Assembly (NCBI GenBank): GCA_964456165.1
Contig: CAYWBJ010000424.1
Coordinates: 922-64,921, forward strand
Length of the DNA: 64,000 bases
From: an uncultured Gemmatimonadaceae bacterium
GTDB lineage: Bacteria; Latescibacterota; UBA2968; UBA8231
Direction: 5' to 3'
Shown: positions 25,224-34,833 of the stretch, in pieces
Layout of the letters: the number at the start of each line of letters is the position of its first letter
Numbering within the stretch: the first letter of the stretch is position 1
Program-made: the position numbers and the translations under genes
The notes under the pieces: model-generated
Told to the model about the DNA's origin: nothing
The model's database searches: none
The model's input: the letters and a program-made list of their open reading frames with translations, nothing else

Positions 25224-26198
25224 TCAGTTGCGGTACACGGAATCCCGAATGCCCCGGATGTAGCCGATAGCGTACAGCCGTCCCACCGACGAATAGCCGG
25301 GGCTGTTGTTCTGGTCGCCTTCCATGGTGGGAACGTGGTCCGGCCGGAGCACGCCGTCGAAGCCGATCTCCCTGTAGGCCTCCATGCAGGCCACCATGTC
25401 GGTCTTGCCCTCGTCGTGGAATGTCTCCACGAACTTCTCCGGCGTGCCGTCGACATCGCGGAAATGAACGAAGTAGATGCGCTCACCGAATTCGCGGATC
25501 GCCTGCGGCAGCTCGTCCGTCATCAGGGTGAAGTTACCCTGGCACAGGCAGATGCCGTTGTTGGGACTGTCGTACAGCTCGAGCAGCTTCTGGAAGTTCT
25601 CGACGCTGCGCATGATGCGGCCGAGGCCGCGGATCGGCGACAGGGGCGGGTCGTCCGGGTGCATGGCCAACAGCACGCCGGCCTCCTCGGCGACCGGCAC
25701 CACCTTATCGAGATAGTACTTCAGGTTGTCCCAGAGCTGCTCCTCGGTGATCTCGCCGTACTCGGTCCGCGGCGCGTTCCGCATCAGCTCGTGGTCGTAG
25801 CCGGTGACCAGGGCGCCGCCGCGGCCCGGGGTCGTCGTCGACGTGCGGGTCCAGTTGAGGACCGGCATCCACTCGTGGCACCATACCGCGATTCCCAGGG
25901 CACCCATGTTGCGGATTAGATCGCAGGCCCAATCGATCTCCTCGTCTCGGCCGTCGAGGCCGAGCTTGGCCCTGGTGAGCGGCGGGCGCGCCTCGATCGT
26001 CGTGAACTGGAAACCGCCGTTCTCGTAGGCAGTTTTCATGCGCAGCAGGTTGCTGTAGCTCCAGGGCATCTGGTCGCGGTGCATCCCCTCCTCGAAGGGC
26101 ACGGGGAAGACGCCAACCACATGGGTCACGCCGCACTGTTTCGCCAGCCTCCAGAGCGGTGCCGGCTCGGTGGGCAACACTTCCGCTATCTGAATCAT
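25224..26198 (-). CDS. uxuA: D-mannonate dehydratase (UxuA family, short form)
   Basis: WMPVLNWTRTS, VVPVAEEAGVLLAMHPDDPPLSPIRGLGRIM, RIYFVHFRDV, LRPDHVPTM and NSPGYSSVGRLYAIGYIRG match E. coli UxuA signature blocks from memory. Confidence 0.85.
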   Translation of the reverse strand: MIQIAEVLPTEPAPLWRLAKQCGVTHVVGVFPVPFEEGMHRDQMPWSYSNLLRMKTAYENGGFQFTTIEARPPLTRAKLGLDGRDEEIDWACDLIRNMGALGIAVWCHEWMPVLNWTRTSTTTPGRGGALVTGYDHELMRNAPRTEYGEITEEQLWDNLKYYLDKVVPVAEEAGVLLAMHPDDPPLSPIRGLGRIMRSVENFQKLLELYDSPNNGICLCQGNFTLMTDELPQAIREFGERIYFVHFRDVDGTPEKFVETFHDEGKTDMVACMEAYREIGFDGVLRPDHVPTMEGDQNNSPGYSSVGRLYAIGYIRGIRDSVYRN

Positions 26199-26312
26199 GG
26201 AATCCTTTCAGGAACTGATGACGGCGCCAGCAAAGGTGATTGCCCTCAGGCGGGGCCGCAAGTTGCGCCAGGCCGCTGTGTCGGTGGCCTGCCCCGAGTG
26301 GCACGGCGGCGT

Positions 26313-26341
26313 TTGACCCGAGCTCCCAAAGGAGTCTTTAT
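26313..26341 (+). promoter_or_regulatory. candidate sigma70-type promoter for the cupin / reductase genes
   Basis: TTGACC (26313-26318), 17-nt spacer, CTTTAT (26336-26341), ~40 nt upstream of ATG 26381. Confidence 0.25.
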
Positions 26342-26380
26342 CGTTCCTCGCCCGCACTGCCAACACTGGAGAGACACGCA

Positions 26381-26767
26381 ATGACCGACAGGACGACGGG
26401 CTCGTTCGCCGCCCACAGCAAGGACGCTGTCTGGACCGCGGACCTGCGCCCCTATTTCCGATATCGCGACCTGGGAATCAAGGATGCCACCGGCGGCAAG
26501 GTGCTCGCCCACGTCATCCGCTCCGAGCAGCCCTGCGAGGGACCGATGGGGCTGCACTCGCACGACCTCGAGTTCCAGATGGTCTACCTGACGAAGGGAT
26601 GGGCCCGACTGTACTTCGAGGACATCGGCGAGATCCGCGTGGAAGCCGGCGATGCCTGGTATCAGCCCCCGCGCATCAGGCATGAGGTGCTGGAATATTC
26701 GGATGACTGGGAGGTCATCGAGATCACCATGCCGGCCGAGTTCGAGACCCGTGACGAATCCCGCTGA
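26381..26767 (+). CDS. cupin domain protein
   Basis: ATG at 26381 with GGAGAG SD. GLHSHDLEFQMVYLTKG...PPRIRHEV fits the two-motif cupin signature. 128 aa. Confidence 0.75.
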   Translation: MTDRTTGSFAAHSKDAVWTADLRPYFRYRDLGIKDATGGKVLAHVIRSEQPCEGPMGLHSHDLEFQMVYLTKGWARLYFEDIGEIRVEAGDAWYQPPRIRHEVLEYSDDWEVIEITMPAEFETRDESR

Positions 26768-27677
26768 CACCCGGGTCGGCTTTATCGGCCTGGGCAACAT
26801 GGGCGGACCGATGGCTGCCAACCTGATCGCGGCCGGCTACCGCCTGACCATTCTCGATCTCGATCGCACCAGGGGACAGGATCTGGAAGCGGCCGGTGCC
26901 CGCTGGTCAGCCACCCCGCGTGAGGTTGCCAGCGTCTCGGACCTAGTCCTCACGGCCCTGCCTGGACCGCGCGACGTGGAAGCCGTGGTGCTGAATGACG
27001 ACGGGGTCTTTGCGGGACTGGAACCGGATGCGGTCTACATCGACACCACGACCAACGACCCGGAGACCATCCGCCGGATCGCCGAAGTCAGCCACCACCG
27101 GGGCGTGCACGTCCTCGACGCCCCGATCAGCGGCGGCGTGCCCGGCGCGGAGGCCGGCACGCTTACGGTGTTCGTCGGCGGGACCGCCGAGGCCTTCCAG
27201 CGCTGTAGCCCCCTGCTGCAGTGCATCGGCGAAACGGTCGTTCACATGGGCCCCGCCGGCAGCGGTGCTGCAACCAAGCTGATCAATAACGCCATGATGT
27301 TCGTCAACTTCATCGGGGCCTGCGAAGGGATGGCCATGGGGGCCCGGGCCGGCCTTGATCTGAAAGTGCTTGAGCAGACCCTGGCGACGAGCATGGGCCA
27401 GAGTGCCATCTTCGAGCGGGTCATGGACCTGTTCCGCCGTGGCAAGCCCATGGCCCACACCACCCGCATGGCCATCAAGGACATGCGACTGAGCGTCGAG
27501 CTGGGACAGCGGCTGGATGTGCCGCTGGAGCTCGCCCCGCTGGTCGAGGAGATCTTCGCCCGCTTCCGCGACGCCGGGTACGGCGAGACCGATTTCACCG
27601 CGGTACTGCACGACTGGCTGCGGCGTGCAGGTGTCGACCTGACGACACTTCCCGGGGGCGCCACGTGTAGAGCGTGA
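26751..27677 (+). CDS. NAD(P)-dependent 3-hydroxyisobutyrate / tartronate-semialdehyde reductase family oxidoreductase
   Basis: Probable GTG start at 26751 (overlaps the cupin stop by 17 nt), giving VTNPADTRVGFIGLGNMGGPMAANL. DAPISGG and AATKLINN blocks of the HIBADH family. Confidence 0.85.
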   Translation: MTNPADTRVGFIGLGNMGGPMAANLIAAGYRLTILDLDRTRGQDLEAAGARWSATPREVASVSDLVLTALPGPRDVEAVVLNDDGVFAGLEPDAVYIDTTTNDPETIRRIAEVSHHRGVHVLDAPISGGVPGAEAGTLTVFVGGTAEAFQRCSPLLQCIGETVVHMGPAGSGAATKLINNAMMFVNFIGACEGMAMGARAGLDLKVLEQTLATSMGQSAIFERVMDLFRRGKPMAHTTRMAIKDMRLSVELGQRLDVPLELAPLVEEIFARFRDAGYGETDFTAVLHDWLRRAGVDLTTLPGGATCRA

Positions 27678-27697
27678 GTAAAGTGGCTGCGGACACT

Positions 27698-27709
27698 ATA
27701 GCCGGCTAT
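27698..27709. terminator. palindrome/hairpin at convergent gene ends
   Basis: Perfect 12-bp palindrome ATAGCCGGCTAT, flanked by GTGGCTG (27683-27689) / CAGCCAC (27716-27722). Lies between the stop at 27677 (+) and overlaps the stop at 27706 (-). Confidence 0.25.
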
Positions 27710-28629
27710 GCCCGCCACAGCCACCGCAGGCTGTCGGCAAAGATGGCTCCGCCGTGGCTCAAGTTGTGTCCCCCGGTCCCGAATTCGAAACGGTAATCGT
27801 AACCGGCCCAGTCGAAGGCGCTGGCCATTGCCTGGTTTGCCAGCGGCCAGTTCCCGAAAGGCGAGTTGACATCGTTCTCGCCGCTTTGCATGAAAACTCG
27901 GATAGGCCTTCTGCCCGATCTGCGAATCAATGAGGGGTAATTGTGGCCGCCCCAGATGTCCGTGAACGACCCGCAGTGAGAAAGCACCCGTTGGCATCTG
28001 TCCACGTGATGCCAGGCAGCAGTGAAGGCGCAGATTCCGCCGCTGCTGATGCCACAGACGGTTCGCCTGCACGGATCATCGCTGAATGTCACTCCGGCCT
28101 CGCCCTGCACGAAAGGCAGCACCTCCTCGAATATGAAGGTGCCGTAGTCCGGGGTAATGGAATCGTACTCGAGACTTCGCTGTGACTGACGCTTGTCGTA
28201 GGAGTCGATGGCTGCCTCAGGCCTCGCGTCGGGTCGTCCAGGCGATATGAAGACTGCTACAGTTGGGGCTATCTCCGATCTTTGGTGCATCACATCCAGC
28301 ACATGGGCGGCGCGCACAGGACCGTTTCGGGAGAGATAGGCAGGACCATCGTTGAAAACGATAACAGCCGTGTCATCCAGCAGTACCCCCGACGGTTTGT
28401 AGACCTGGATTTGGCGTTTCGTTCCTGGGTAGACGGAGGTCTCCGACCAATCCTCGAACTCGATCACGTCGCCGGTCGGTACGTCCTCGTCCGGGAACGC
28501 TTCCGGACACGGATGATAGGCCGCATCCCATTCCGGTTTGTTGAGCACGCCGTTCGTGCGACCATTCACTTCTGCGGGAATCGGCTGATCCAATCCGAGG
28601 AAGGTTAGTGTTTCCGGTCTCGTTGGCAT
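27706..28629 (-). CDS. alpha/beta-hydrolase esterase (enterochelin-esterase-like / CE1-like)
   Basis: 307 aa. Nucleophile elbow VCGISSGG (GxSxG). C-terminal FGTGGHN His region. No signal peptide. Confidence 0.8.
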   Translation of the reverse strand: MPTRPETLTFLGLDQPIPAEVNGRTNGVLNKPEWDAAYHPCPEAFPDEDVPTGDVIEFEDWSETSVYPGTKRQIQVYKPSGVLLDDTAVIVFNDGPAYLSRNGPVRAAHVLDVMHQRSEIAPTVAVFISPGRPDARPEAAIDSYDKRQSQRSLEYDSITPDYGTFIFEEVLPFVQGEAGVTFSDDPCRRTVCGISSGGICAFTAAWHHVDRCQRVLSHCGSFTDIWGGHNYPSLIRRSGRRPIRVFMQSGENDVNSPFGNWPLANQAMASAFDWAGYDYRFEFGTGGHNLSHGGAIFADSLRWLWRA

Positions 28630-28697
28630 CTCATCTTATCCTTTGCATGATTAGGTGGGCTCAGGCGCTCCCCTGCCATTGGATGATGGAGAAAACG

Positions 28698-29444
28698 ATG
28701 TCAGCAGAACTCGACTACGGAACTATCATCACCGACCTCGACGAGGTAGGATTCCACATCGTCCCATCGGTCATTCCCGTGGAAAAAGCGGACGAAGCTC
28801 GCGCCGCTCTCGAGCAGCTTCTGGAAAAAGAGACCACCGCGCATGCGCTTGCCGAAAAGACGCAACGCGTGGGACGAATCGCCGTGAAGCATCCCATCTT
28901 TCTGGAGCTCATGACCCACGCAGCTATCGTAACCTTGTGGCGCAGATACCTCGGCGACGACGTGATATGCTCCACCTGGTCCGGCAACACGGTTTATCCC
29001 GGTGCAGCAGCCATCAACTGGCACGCGGACTACCCCTATTACTCCATCGTGCCGCCCTATCCACCCGGCCGCCTCGCAGGCCAGACGATATGGCTCCTCA
29101 ACGACTTGACCGAAGAGAACGGCGCCACCGCCATGCTCCCCGGGAGCCATCTCAAAGGCGAACCGCCGCCGCCGGAGCTCAAGCATAAGTGGATGGACGA
29201 AGGCCGGATCCTCACCGGCACCCGCGGAAGTGTCATCGTGATGAACGGTGCATCCTGGCACACCGCCCGCCCGAACCGAACAGGTGCAAGCCGCTCCGTC
29301 CTCCTCGGCATGTACATGCGCCCCTGGTTCATCCCGCTGGAAGACATGCGCGGCCAGTTGGCCGAATTGGAAAATCCATCCGAATTGGTACGCCATCTCA
29401 TGTGCGCCAACCAGCGCGTGCCGAAAAACGTTGGCGCCGCTTGA
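28698..29444 (+). CDS. PhyH-family Fe(II)/2-oxoglutarate dioxygenase (PhyH-1)
   Basis: MSAELDYGTIITDLDEVGFHIV... (alternative ATG 28683). NWHADYP (HxD), LPGSHLK, SWHTARPNRTGASR (distal His + Arg). Confidence 0.85.
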   Translation: MSAELDYGTIITDLDEVGFHIVPSVIPVEKADEARAALEQLLEKETTAHALAEKTQRVGRIAVKHPIFLELMTHAAIVTLWRRYLGDDVICSTWSGNTVYPGAAAINWHADYPYYSIVPPYPPGRLAGQTIWLLNDLTEENGATAMLPGSHLKGEPPPPELKHKWMDEGRILTGTRGSVIVMNGASWHTARPNRTGASRSVLLGMYMRPWFIPLEDMRGQLAELENPSELVRHLMCANQRVPKNVGAA

Positions 29445-29626
29445 GCCATCTGGCAGGAGCTGACATCCAGAGCTTTCGAGGTCGCGCGCCTGAGCCCGAC
29501 GGCGATCGCGCATAGAGAGCAGACCGTCTGCGCCATTTTGCCGATGGCTTCGATAGGGCGAAGACGAGGCTGGGGGCGAACAACACGGCCACCGAGGGAC
29601 CGGCTGTCGGCGAGAAAGGACGCCCG

Positions 29627-30514
29627 TCACCGCCTTCCTCCAGGTGGCAGGGCCCCCTGGGCGAACGGCTTCAGCATAAGGTAACAGACGCGCAGCACTG
29701 GGGTGGGAATTCCGCGCTCCCCGCCTCTGTTGACGACGTGGCCGATGAGATCCTCGAGCTCCAGGGGCCGGCCGGCTTCGAGATCCTTGAGCATGGAGGA
29801 GCGCCATGGAGATCCCTTCTGCTCGTCCAGAAAGGCCAGCACTGACTCCCCCGCCCCGGGTTCGATTGGAATGCCCTCGGCGGCGGCTACTTTTGCCGCC
29901 TCTTCGGCGCCCTCCCGCACCAGCTTCCTGAGTTCGGGTGATGTGGCGGTCTGACCGAGGTCGGCCCTGGCCGCCAGCCCGGTGCTCAACGCCGCGTACT
30001 GGACCAGCTTCTGCCACAACGGCACGCGAATATCGTCCGCCGCCGCCACGTCGAAACCGGCGCTTGCGAGCACCGAGCGCATCGCCTCCACCCTCGGCGT
30101 CACGGGACCACCTAGCTCTCCGATTGCATGAGGGGTGGAAGTCGCATACTCCAGCACGTGCCTGCGCTCCACTATTCCGGCCAGGCGCTCTCCCGCCGTC
30201 ACGCCGTTCTGCAGCGGGATTACGACGGTGTCCTCGCCGATTAGTGGCGCGATCTGCTCCGCTGCTTCCTCGAGCTGGTAGGTCTTCACGGCGAAGATGA
30301 CCGCATCGACGGGACCGACGGCAGCCGGATCCCTGGTCACCGTGAAAGCATCCGGTGGGATGACATTCGCTTCCCACTTGCCGCGCACACCGTCGCGTGC
30401 GATCTCGTCATAACGCCGCCCGCGGGCAATCAACGTAACGTCCTGGCCTGCCTTCAGGAGGGCGTAGCCGAAGTGGCTGCCGAACTCTCCTGCGCCCATG
30501 ACTGCAATCCTCAT
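29627..30514 (-). CDS. ketopantoate reductase family (PanE/ApbA) oxidoreductase
   Basis: MRIAVMGAGEFGSHFG Rossmann; AVKTYQ Lys; SSMLKDLEAGRPLELEDL C-terminal substrate motif. Confidence 0.85.
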   Translation of the reverse strand: MRIAVMGAGEFGSHFGYALLKAGQDVTLIARGRRYDEIARDGVRGKWEANVIPPDAFTVTRDPAAVGPVDAVIFAVKTYQLEEAAEQIAPLIGEDTVVIPLQNGVTAGERLAGIVERRHVLEYATSTPHAIGELGGPVTPRVEAMRSVLASAGFDVAAADDIRVPLWQKLVQYAALSTGLAARADLGQTATSPELRKLVREGAEEAAKVAAAEGIPIEPGAGESVLAFLDEQKGSPWRSSMLKDLEAGRPLELEDLIGHVVNRGGERGIPTPVLRVCYLMLKPFAQGALPPGGRR

Positions 30515-30672
30515 CCGTCACCCTCCGCGATAGGTGTTGCGCCGCATCTTGCGGTGGCGCCCTCTTGGCAGCAGAATTCCTACCGCCGTCGGTAACACGC
30601 AAAGCATCCATTCACCGGCCGGCAATTCGCCGTGGAGTGAACACAAATGCAACCCCCAGACAGCAACAATTG

Positions 30673-32013
30673 ATGACCACGTTGTACGACCCCGAGATCG
30701 AGGCGATCCCGCGCGCCGATCTGCAGGCTCTGCAACTCGCCAAGCTCCAGCGGCAGGTCGATCGGTGTTATTCCCAGAGTGCATTCTACCGCGAGCGCTT
30801 CGCTGCCGCCGGCACCTCCCCCGCTTACCTGAAAAGCCTGGACGACATCCGGCGATTCCCCTTCGTCCACAAGGAACAGCTGCGCGAGGAGCAGGAGGCC
30901 TACCCGTTCTTCGGCAGGTTCACGGTAGCGCCGGAAGCAGAATTCAGGGAGGTCCATCCCAGTACCGGAACCACGGGCGTACCGGTAAACACCGTCTGGA
31001 GCGCGGCTGATGTCGAGTACCTCACCGCAGTAACGGCGCGCACGCTCTGGAGCATCGGCGTGCGGCCCGACGACATCCTGCAGAACGCGTTCTCTTACGG
31101 GCTCTGGGTCGCCGGCCTGGCCGTCCACTACGCCGCCGCCAGGATCGGCTGTCTGCTCCTGCCCATCGGCGCCGCCCTGACCGATAGACAGATCGACTAC
31201 ATGGCGCGCCTCAGGAGCTCCGTGCTCGTCGCCACCCCTTCGTACGCCCTCTATCTCGCGGAGCAGCTGCAGGTCCACGGCTACAGCGCCGCGGATCTCG
31301 GCCTCCGCATCGGCTGCTTCGGCGGGGAGCCCGGGGCGGAGGTGCCGGCGACGCGCCAGGCGATCGAGGCCGGGCTGGGCATCGACGCCTTCGACTATTA
31401 CGGGCTTGCCGAGATCGGCCCCACCTTCGCCAGCGAGTGCGCTTGCAAATCCGGCCTGCACTGGAGCGAAGACCTGCACCTGATCGAGGTGATCGACCCC
31501 GAGACCCGAGAGCCGGTGACGGCCGGGGAGATCGGCATTCTGGTCATCACCCACCTCGAACGAGAAGCCACCCCGATGATCAGGTACTGGACCAACGACC
31601 TCGTTCGGCTCGATCCAGCCCCCTGCGCCTGTGGACGCACCCACGCCCGCTCTCCCGGCGGCATCCTCGGACGCGCCGACGACATGATAATCTTCATGGG
31701 ACAGAACTTCTACCCGATGCAGGTGGAGCAGGTGGTGCGATCGTTTGCGGAGCTGGGCTCGGAGTATCGCATCCGGATGGCCCACGATGCAAAGCGACAC
31801 CGGGACACCTGCACGATACGGGTCGAGCTGGAGCGGGAGGCCATGCCCGAGGTCGCTGTATCCAGCCTGGGCGACCGGCTCTGCTCTGCTCTCCGGGATG
31901 CCCTGGTCTTTCGCCCTGAAGTTGAATTCATTCCGGCAGGATCCCTGGAGCGAACCACGTTCAAGGCGAAACGAGTCGAGGAGACGCGGCCCGGGCACTC
32001 CCCGTCGACATGA
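30673..32013 (+). CDS. phenylacetate-CoA ligase-like adenylate-forming enzyme (PaaK / F390-synthetase family)
   Basis: ATG at 30673 (MTTLYDPEIEAIPRADLQALQLAKLQ). HPSTGTTGVPV P-loop-like motif; GRADDMIIFMGQNFYP hinge motif. ~446 aa as for PaaK. Confidence 0.8.
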   Translation: MTTLYDPEIEAIPRADLQALQLAKLQRQVDRCYSQSAFYRERFAAAGTSPAYLKSLDDIRRFPFVHKEQLREEQEAYPFFGRFTVAPEAEFREVHPSTGTTGVPVNTVWSAADVEYLTAVTARTLWSIGVRPDDILQNAFSYGLWVAGLAVHYAAARIGCLLLPIGAALTDRQIDYMARLRSSVLVATPSYALYLAEQLQVHGYSAADLGLRIGCFGGEPGAEVPATRQAIEAGLGIDAFDYYGLAEIGPTFASECACKSGLHWSEDLHLIEVIDPETREPVTAGEIGILVITHLEREATPMIRYWTNDLVRLDPAPCACGRTHARSPGGILGRADDMIIFMGQNFYPMQVEQVVRSFAELGSEYRIRMAHDAKRHRDTCTIRVELEREAMPEVAVSSLGDRLCSALRDALVFRPEVEFIPAGSLERTTFKAKRVEETRPGHSPST

Positions 32014-32157
32014 GCGGGCCATCAAAGAGCGCCCAGTTACGGACCCACGGGCAGTTGCCTATGTTGTCCTAAATTGCTTTTACATGAAGGTTGTCAGTGA
32101 AGCCGGAAAGGGAACGGAAGTCACTATCGAACTGCTACTGGACGGAGCCGGGGGAGC

Positions 32158-33153
32158 GTGAGAGGACTGCCTGAATTCGATCCACTGCGCGCCGTCCACT
32201 ACAGCGCGAAGGATCCGGGCGAGGACTGGGTCAAGGACGACTGCATCGCCATCGACCTGGATCATCCGCTCGACTCGGAGCGCATTCTCACACCCAACGT
32301 CCTGCAGGTGGCGGATGGTTACCGGATGTACTATACCGGACTCGGCCCGGCGCGGCGCGATCCGGACGCCCTGGGCTACATCCTCAGCGCCTTTTCGGAT
32401 GATGCCGCCACCTGGCGGAAGGACCCGGGGGTGCGGATTGATCTCTTTCCGCCCCACGCGACGGCGCGAACACTCTGCCCCGATGTCATCCCGCTGACGG
32501 ATGGCGGCTACCGGATGTACTTCGAAGCCCGTTCCGGGCTACCGGCCGCCGCAGAAGAGCGCTTCCTGGGGCCACAGAATCCTACCGTGATCCTCAGCGC
32601 CTTTTCCGACGACGGGCTCGACTGGACGGCGGAGGCAGGCGTGCGCTTCGGCGACGGCAGGTGGTCCTACGGAACGCCGCGGGTAATCTACGTCGAGCTG
32701 GATGACGGTACCGTCGGGTACCGCCTCTACTTCCATCGCTACACTTTCCCGCTGCGCGCCGGCCTCGGCGCCGGGAATCAGATCATCAGCGCCCTCTCCC
32801 CCGATGGCCTGACCTTCGCGGAGGAGCCAGGCGTGCGGATCCGCCAGGAGACGGAACGCGAGACCTTCTCGGTCTATGCGCCCGAGGTCGTGCGCCTGGG
32901 GGACGGATCCTACCGCATGTACTACTCCGGCTGGAGCGAGACGATCAACGGAGGGATTTTCACGGCCACTTCCAGCGACGGGCTGGAGTGGCACAAGTCG
33001 CCCGAGCCCTGCATCGAGCTAGGCGGTGCCTGGGACGGCGCCATGGTTTCGGAGCCCTGCGTCATCGACTTGCACGAGGGCGGGGCGCGCCTGTTCTACG
33101 AAGCGGCCGACGACCAGGGGAACTACCGGATACTGTCCGCTACCTCGGCCTGA
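32158..33153 (+). CDS. five-bladed beta-propeller protein with Asp-box-like repeats (GH-like), no signal peptide
   Basis: GTG start preceded by GGGGGAG. Five internal repeats of YRMYY...S.DG..W type (SDDAATW, SDDGLDW, SPDGLTF, SSDGLEW). Confidence 0.75.
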   Translation: MRGLPEFDPLRAVHYSAKDPGEDWVKDDCIAIDLDHPLDSERILTPNVLQVADGYRMYYTGLGPARRDPDALGYILSAFSDDAATWRKDPGVRIDLFPPHATARTLCPDVIPLTDGGYRMYFEARSGLPAAAEERFLGPQNPTVILSAFSDDGLDWTAEAGVRFGDGRWSYGTPRVIYVELDDGTVGYRLYFHRYTFPLRAGLGAGNQIISALSPDGLTFAEEPGVRIRQETERETFSVYAPEVVRLGDGSYRMYYSGWSETINGGIFTATSSDGLEWHKSPEPCIELGGAWDGAMVSEPCVIDLHEGGARLFYEAADDQGNYRILSATSA

Positions 33154-33194
33154 TAGTTTCCGCACCTGCGAAAAATTACGTGCAGAGACTCGCC

Positions 33195-33249
33195 GGGAGC
33201 GGTCCGCGCTCCCATTGCCCGGAGCAACGGGCGAGCACCATCGGGTGCT
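33195..33249 (+). terminator. three consecutive GC hairpins downstream of 32158-33153
   Basis: GGGAGCG-gtccg-CGCTCCC (33195-33213); GCCCG-gagcaa-CGGGC (33217-33232); AGCACC-atcg-GGTGCT (33234-33249). Located 40-95 nt after the stop and upstream of the 33313 promoter. Confidence 0.4.
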
Positions 33250-33312
33250 CTGCCTGGAGCCCGGAACGGTGAGTGATGGTAATGCTGGCGCTGTCCCCCT
33301 TTGGCCAGCCGA

Positions 33313-33341
33313 TTGACCCTGCACCGCCGGCGGGATAGAAT
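33313..33341 (+). promoter_or_regulatory. candidate sigma70-type promoter for the 33367-37341 propeller operon
   Basis: TTGACC (33313-33318), exactly 17-nt spacer, TAGAAT (33336-33341). ATG at 33367 with GGGAGGA SD between. Best consensus match I found in the window. Confidence 0.45.
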
Positions 33342-33366
33342 TGCGGCACTTACGGGAGGAAACCGC

Positions 33367-34821
33367 ATGTCGGACTACCGGTCCAGCTACCTGTTCATCG
33401 ACGACACCCACATCCACGCCCTCGACGCCGTGCGCGCCGGTGTCGTCCCTGCCGCCAAGGTCTCCGCCGAGCCGCTGATCGCCAAGGATCGGCCCTGGGA
33501 AGCGGACTGGCGGATCGGCAGCTACATCAACGTGCTGCGCGATCCCGAAGACGGCCTCTTCAAGATGTGGTACGGGGTCGGGCGCCAGCTGGGTGACAAG
33601 CGCGGCGAGGAGGCGAACGGCCTGGCCTACGCCTTCTCCCACGACGGCCTCCACTGGGAGAAACCAGTCCTCAACCAGATCGAAGATAACGGCAGCACCG
33701 AGAACAACCTGGTCTTCCCTTTCTTCCGCTGGGGTGCGGGCACCGGCGTGATGCGCGACCCGGTGGAGACCGACCCGGCGAAGCGCTACAAGATGCTATT
33801 CATGTTCCAGTCCGGTGACATGATCTTCGCCGGCATCGTCCAGCCGGTCTGCGTCGCCTACTCGGCCGACGGCATCCACTGGGACGTCCCCCGCCACTGG
33901 CGCAACCCGGTCATACCGCAGGGTTCCGACACGCAACTCGTTTCCTACTGGGAACCCAGGCTCCGGCGCTACGTGGTATACCTGCGCGGCCGGCCTAACG
34001 TGCGCCTCATCTGCATGGCCGAGAGCGACGACTTCGAGAGCTGGACACCCCGCATCGCCATCGTGGCGCCCGATGACGACGACCCGCCCCAGGATCACGA
34101 GTTCTACGGCATGAGCTCGATGGATTACGGCGATTTCCGCATCGGCTTCCTCTCCGTCTTTCACACCCTCAACGAGGGCTGGGTCGCCGCCAACCAGATC
34201 GAGGACTGGATGCCGGAGTGGATGAACCAGATGGACATCCAGCTCACCTGGTCGCGGGACGGCCGCACCTGGAACCGGGCCGGCAACCGCGAGCCGATCC
34301 TGGAATGCGGCCCGCCGGGCAGCCACGACTGCGGCAGCGTCTACCCGCCGAACGCGCCGTTTGTCCACGAGGACGAGATCTGGCTCTACCACGGCTGCTC
34401 GAACTGCCTGCACGGCGAGGAGCCGCGCCACGAGACCGAGCAGCGCCGCGGCATCAACCTCGCCAGAATCCCTCGGGATCGTCTAGTCTGCCTGAGGAGC
34501 GACGGCCACGGCACGATCACGACCGTGCCGCTGACGCTCGACCCGGAAGGACTATACCTCAATGCCGATGCGGGGCCGGGATCGATTCGCACGGAGGTTC
34601 TCGATCCCTGGGACAGGGTAGTGGAAGGTTTTGGTCTCGATGAGTGCGTGCCCATCGTCGGCGATTCCACCGATCACAGGGTGGAATGGCAGGGCGCGGG
34701 GCCGCGCGATGGCGACCGGGGCGGGGGGCTCGAGGCGAAGATGGTATCGCAGTCGGCCGGGCTCTACAAGCTGCGGATCCACCTCGACCAGGCGAAGCTA
34801 TTCGCACTCTATTCGGACTGA
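33367..34821 (+). CDS. glycoside-hydrolase-like five-bladed beta-propeller with C-terminal beta-sandwich, paralogue 2
   Basis: ATG 33367 with GGGAGGA SD and a sigma70-like promoter upstream. FSHDGLHWEKP, YSADGIHWDVP, ESDDFESWTPR, WSRDGRTWNRA. Collinear with 13253-14863 (NGSTENN, KRYKMLF). Confidence 0.8.
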   Translation: MSDYRSSYLFIDDTHIHALDAVRAGVVPAAKVSAEPLIAKDRPWEADWRIGSYINVLRDPEDGLFKMWYGVGRQLGDKRGEEANGLAYAFSHDGLHWEKPVLNQIEDNGSTENNLVFPFFRWGAGTGVMRDPVETDPAKRYKMLFMFQSGDMIFAGIVQPVCVAYSADGIHWDVPRHWRNPVIPQGSDTQLVSYWEPRLRRYVVYLRGRPNVRLICMAESDDFESWTPRIAIVAPDDDDPPQDHEFYGMSSMDYGDFRIGFLSVFHTLNEGWVAANQIEDWMPEWMNQMDIQLTWSRDGRTWNRAGNREPILECGPPGSHDCGSVYPPNAPFVHEDEIWLYHGCSNCLHGEEPRHETEQRRGINLARIPRDRLVCLRSDGHGTITTVPLTLDPEGLYLNADAGPGSIRTEVLDPWDRVVEGFGLDECVPIVGDSTDHRVEWQGAGPRDGDRGGGLEAKMVSQSAGLYKLRIHLDQAKLFALYSD

Positions 34822-34833
34822 GGATTAGACCCC

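Noticed and set aside
28701-30377. 558-aa minus-strand ORF across PhyH-1 and the PanE-like gene.
   Set aside because: Arg/Gly-rich. It overlaps two genes on different strands that each have clear family motifs.
30566-30580. TGGCAG-N5-TTCC sigma54-like element in the PanE/PaaK divergent region. Similar TGGCA[GC] strings occur at 22977-22982 and 61922-61927.
   Set aside because: The critical -12 GC dinucleotide is missing in all three, and no sigma54 activator (EBP) gene is present in the window.
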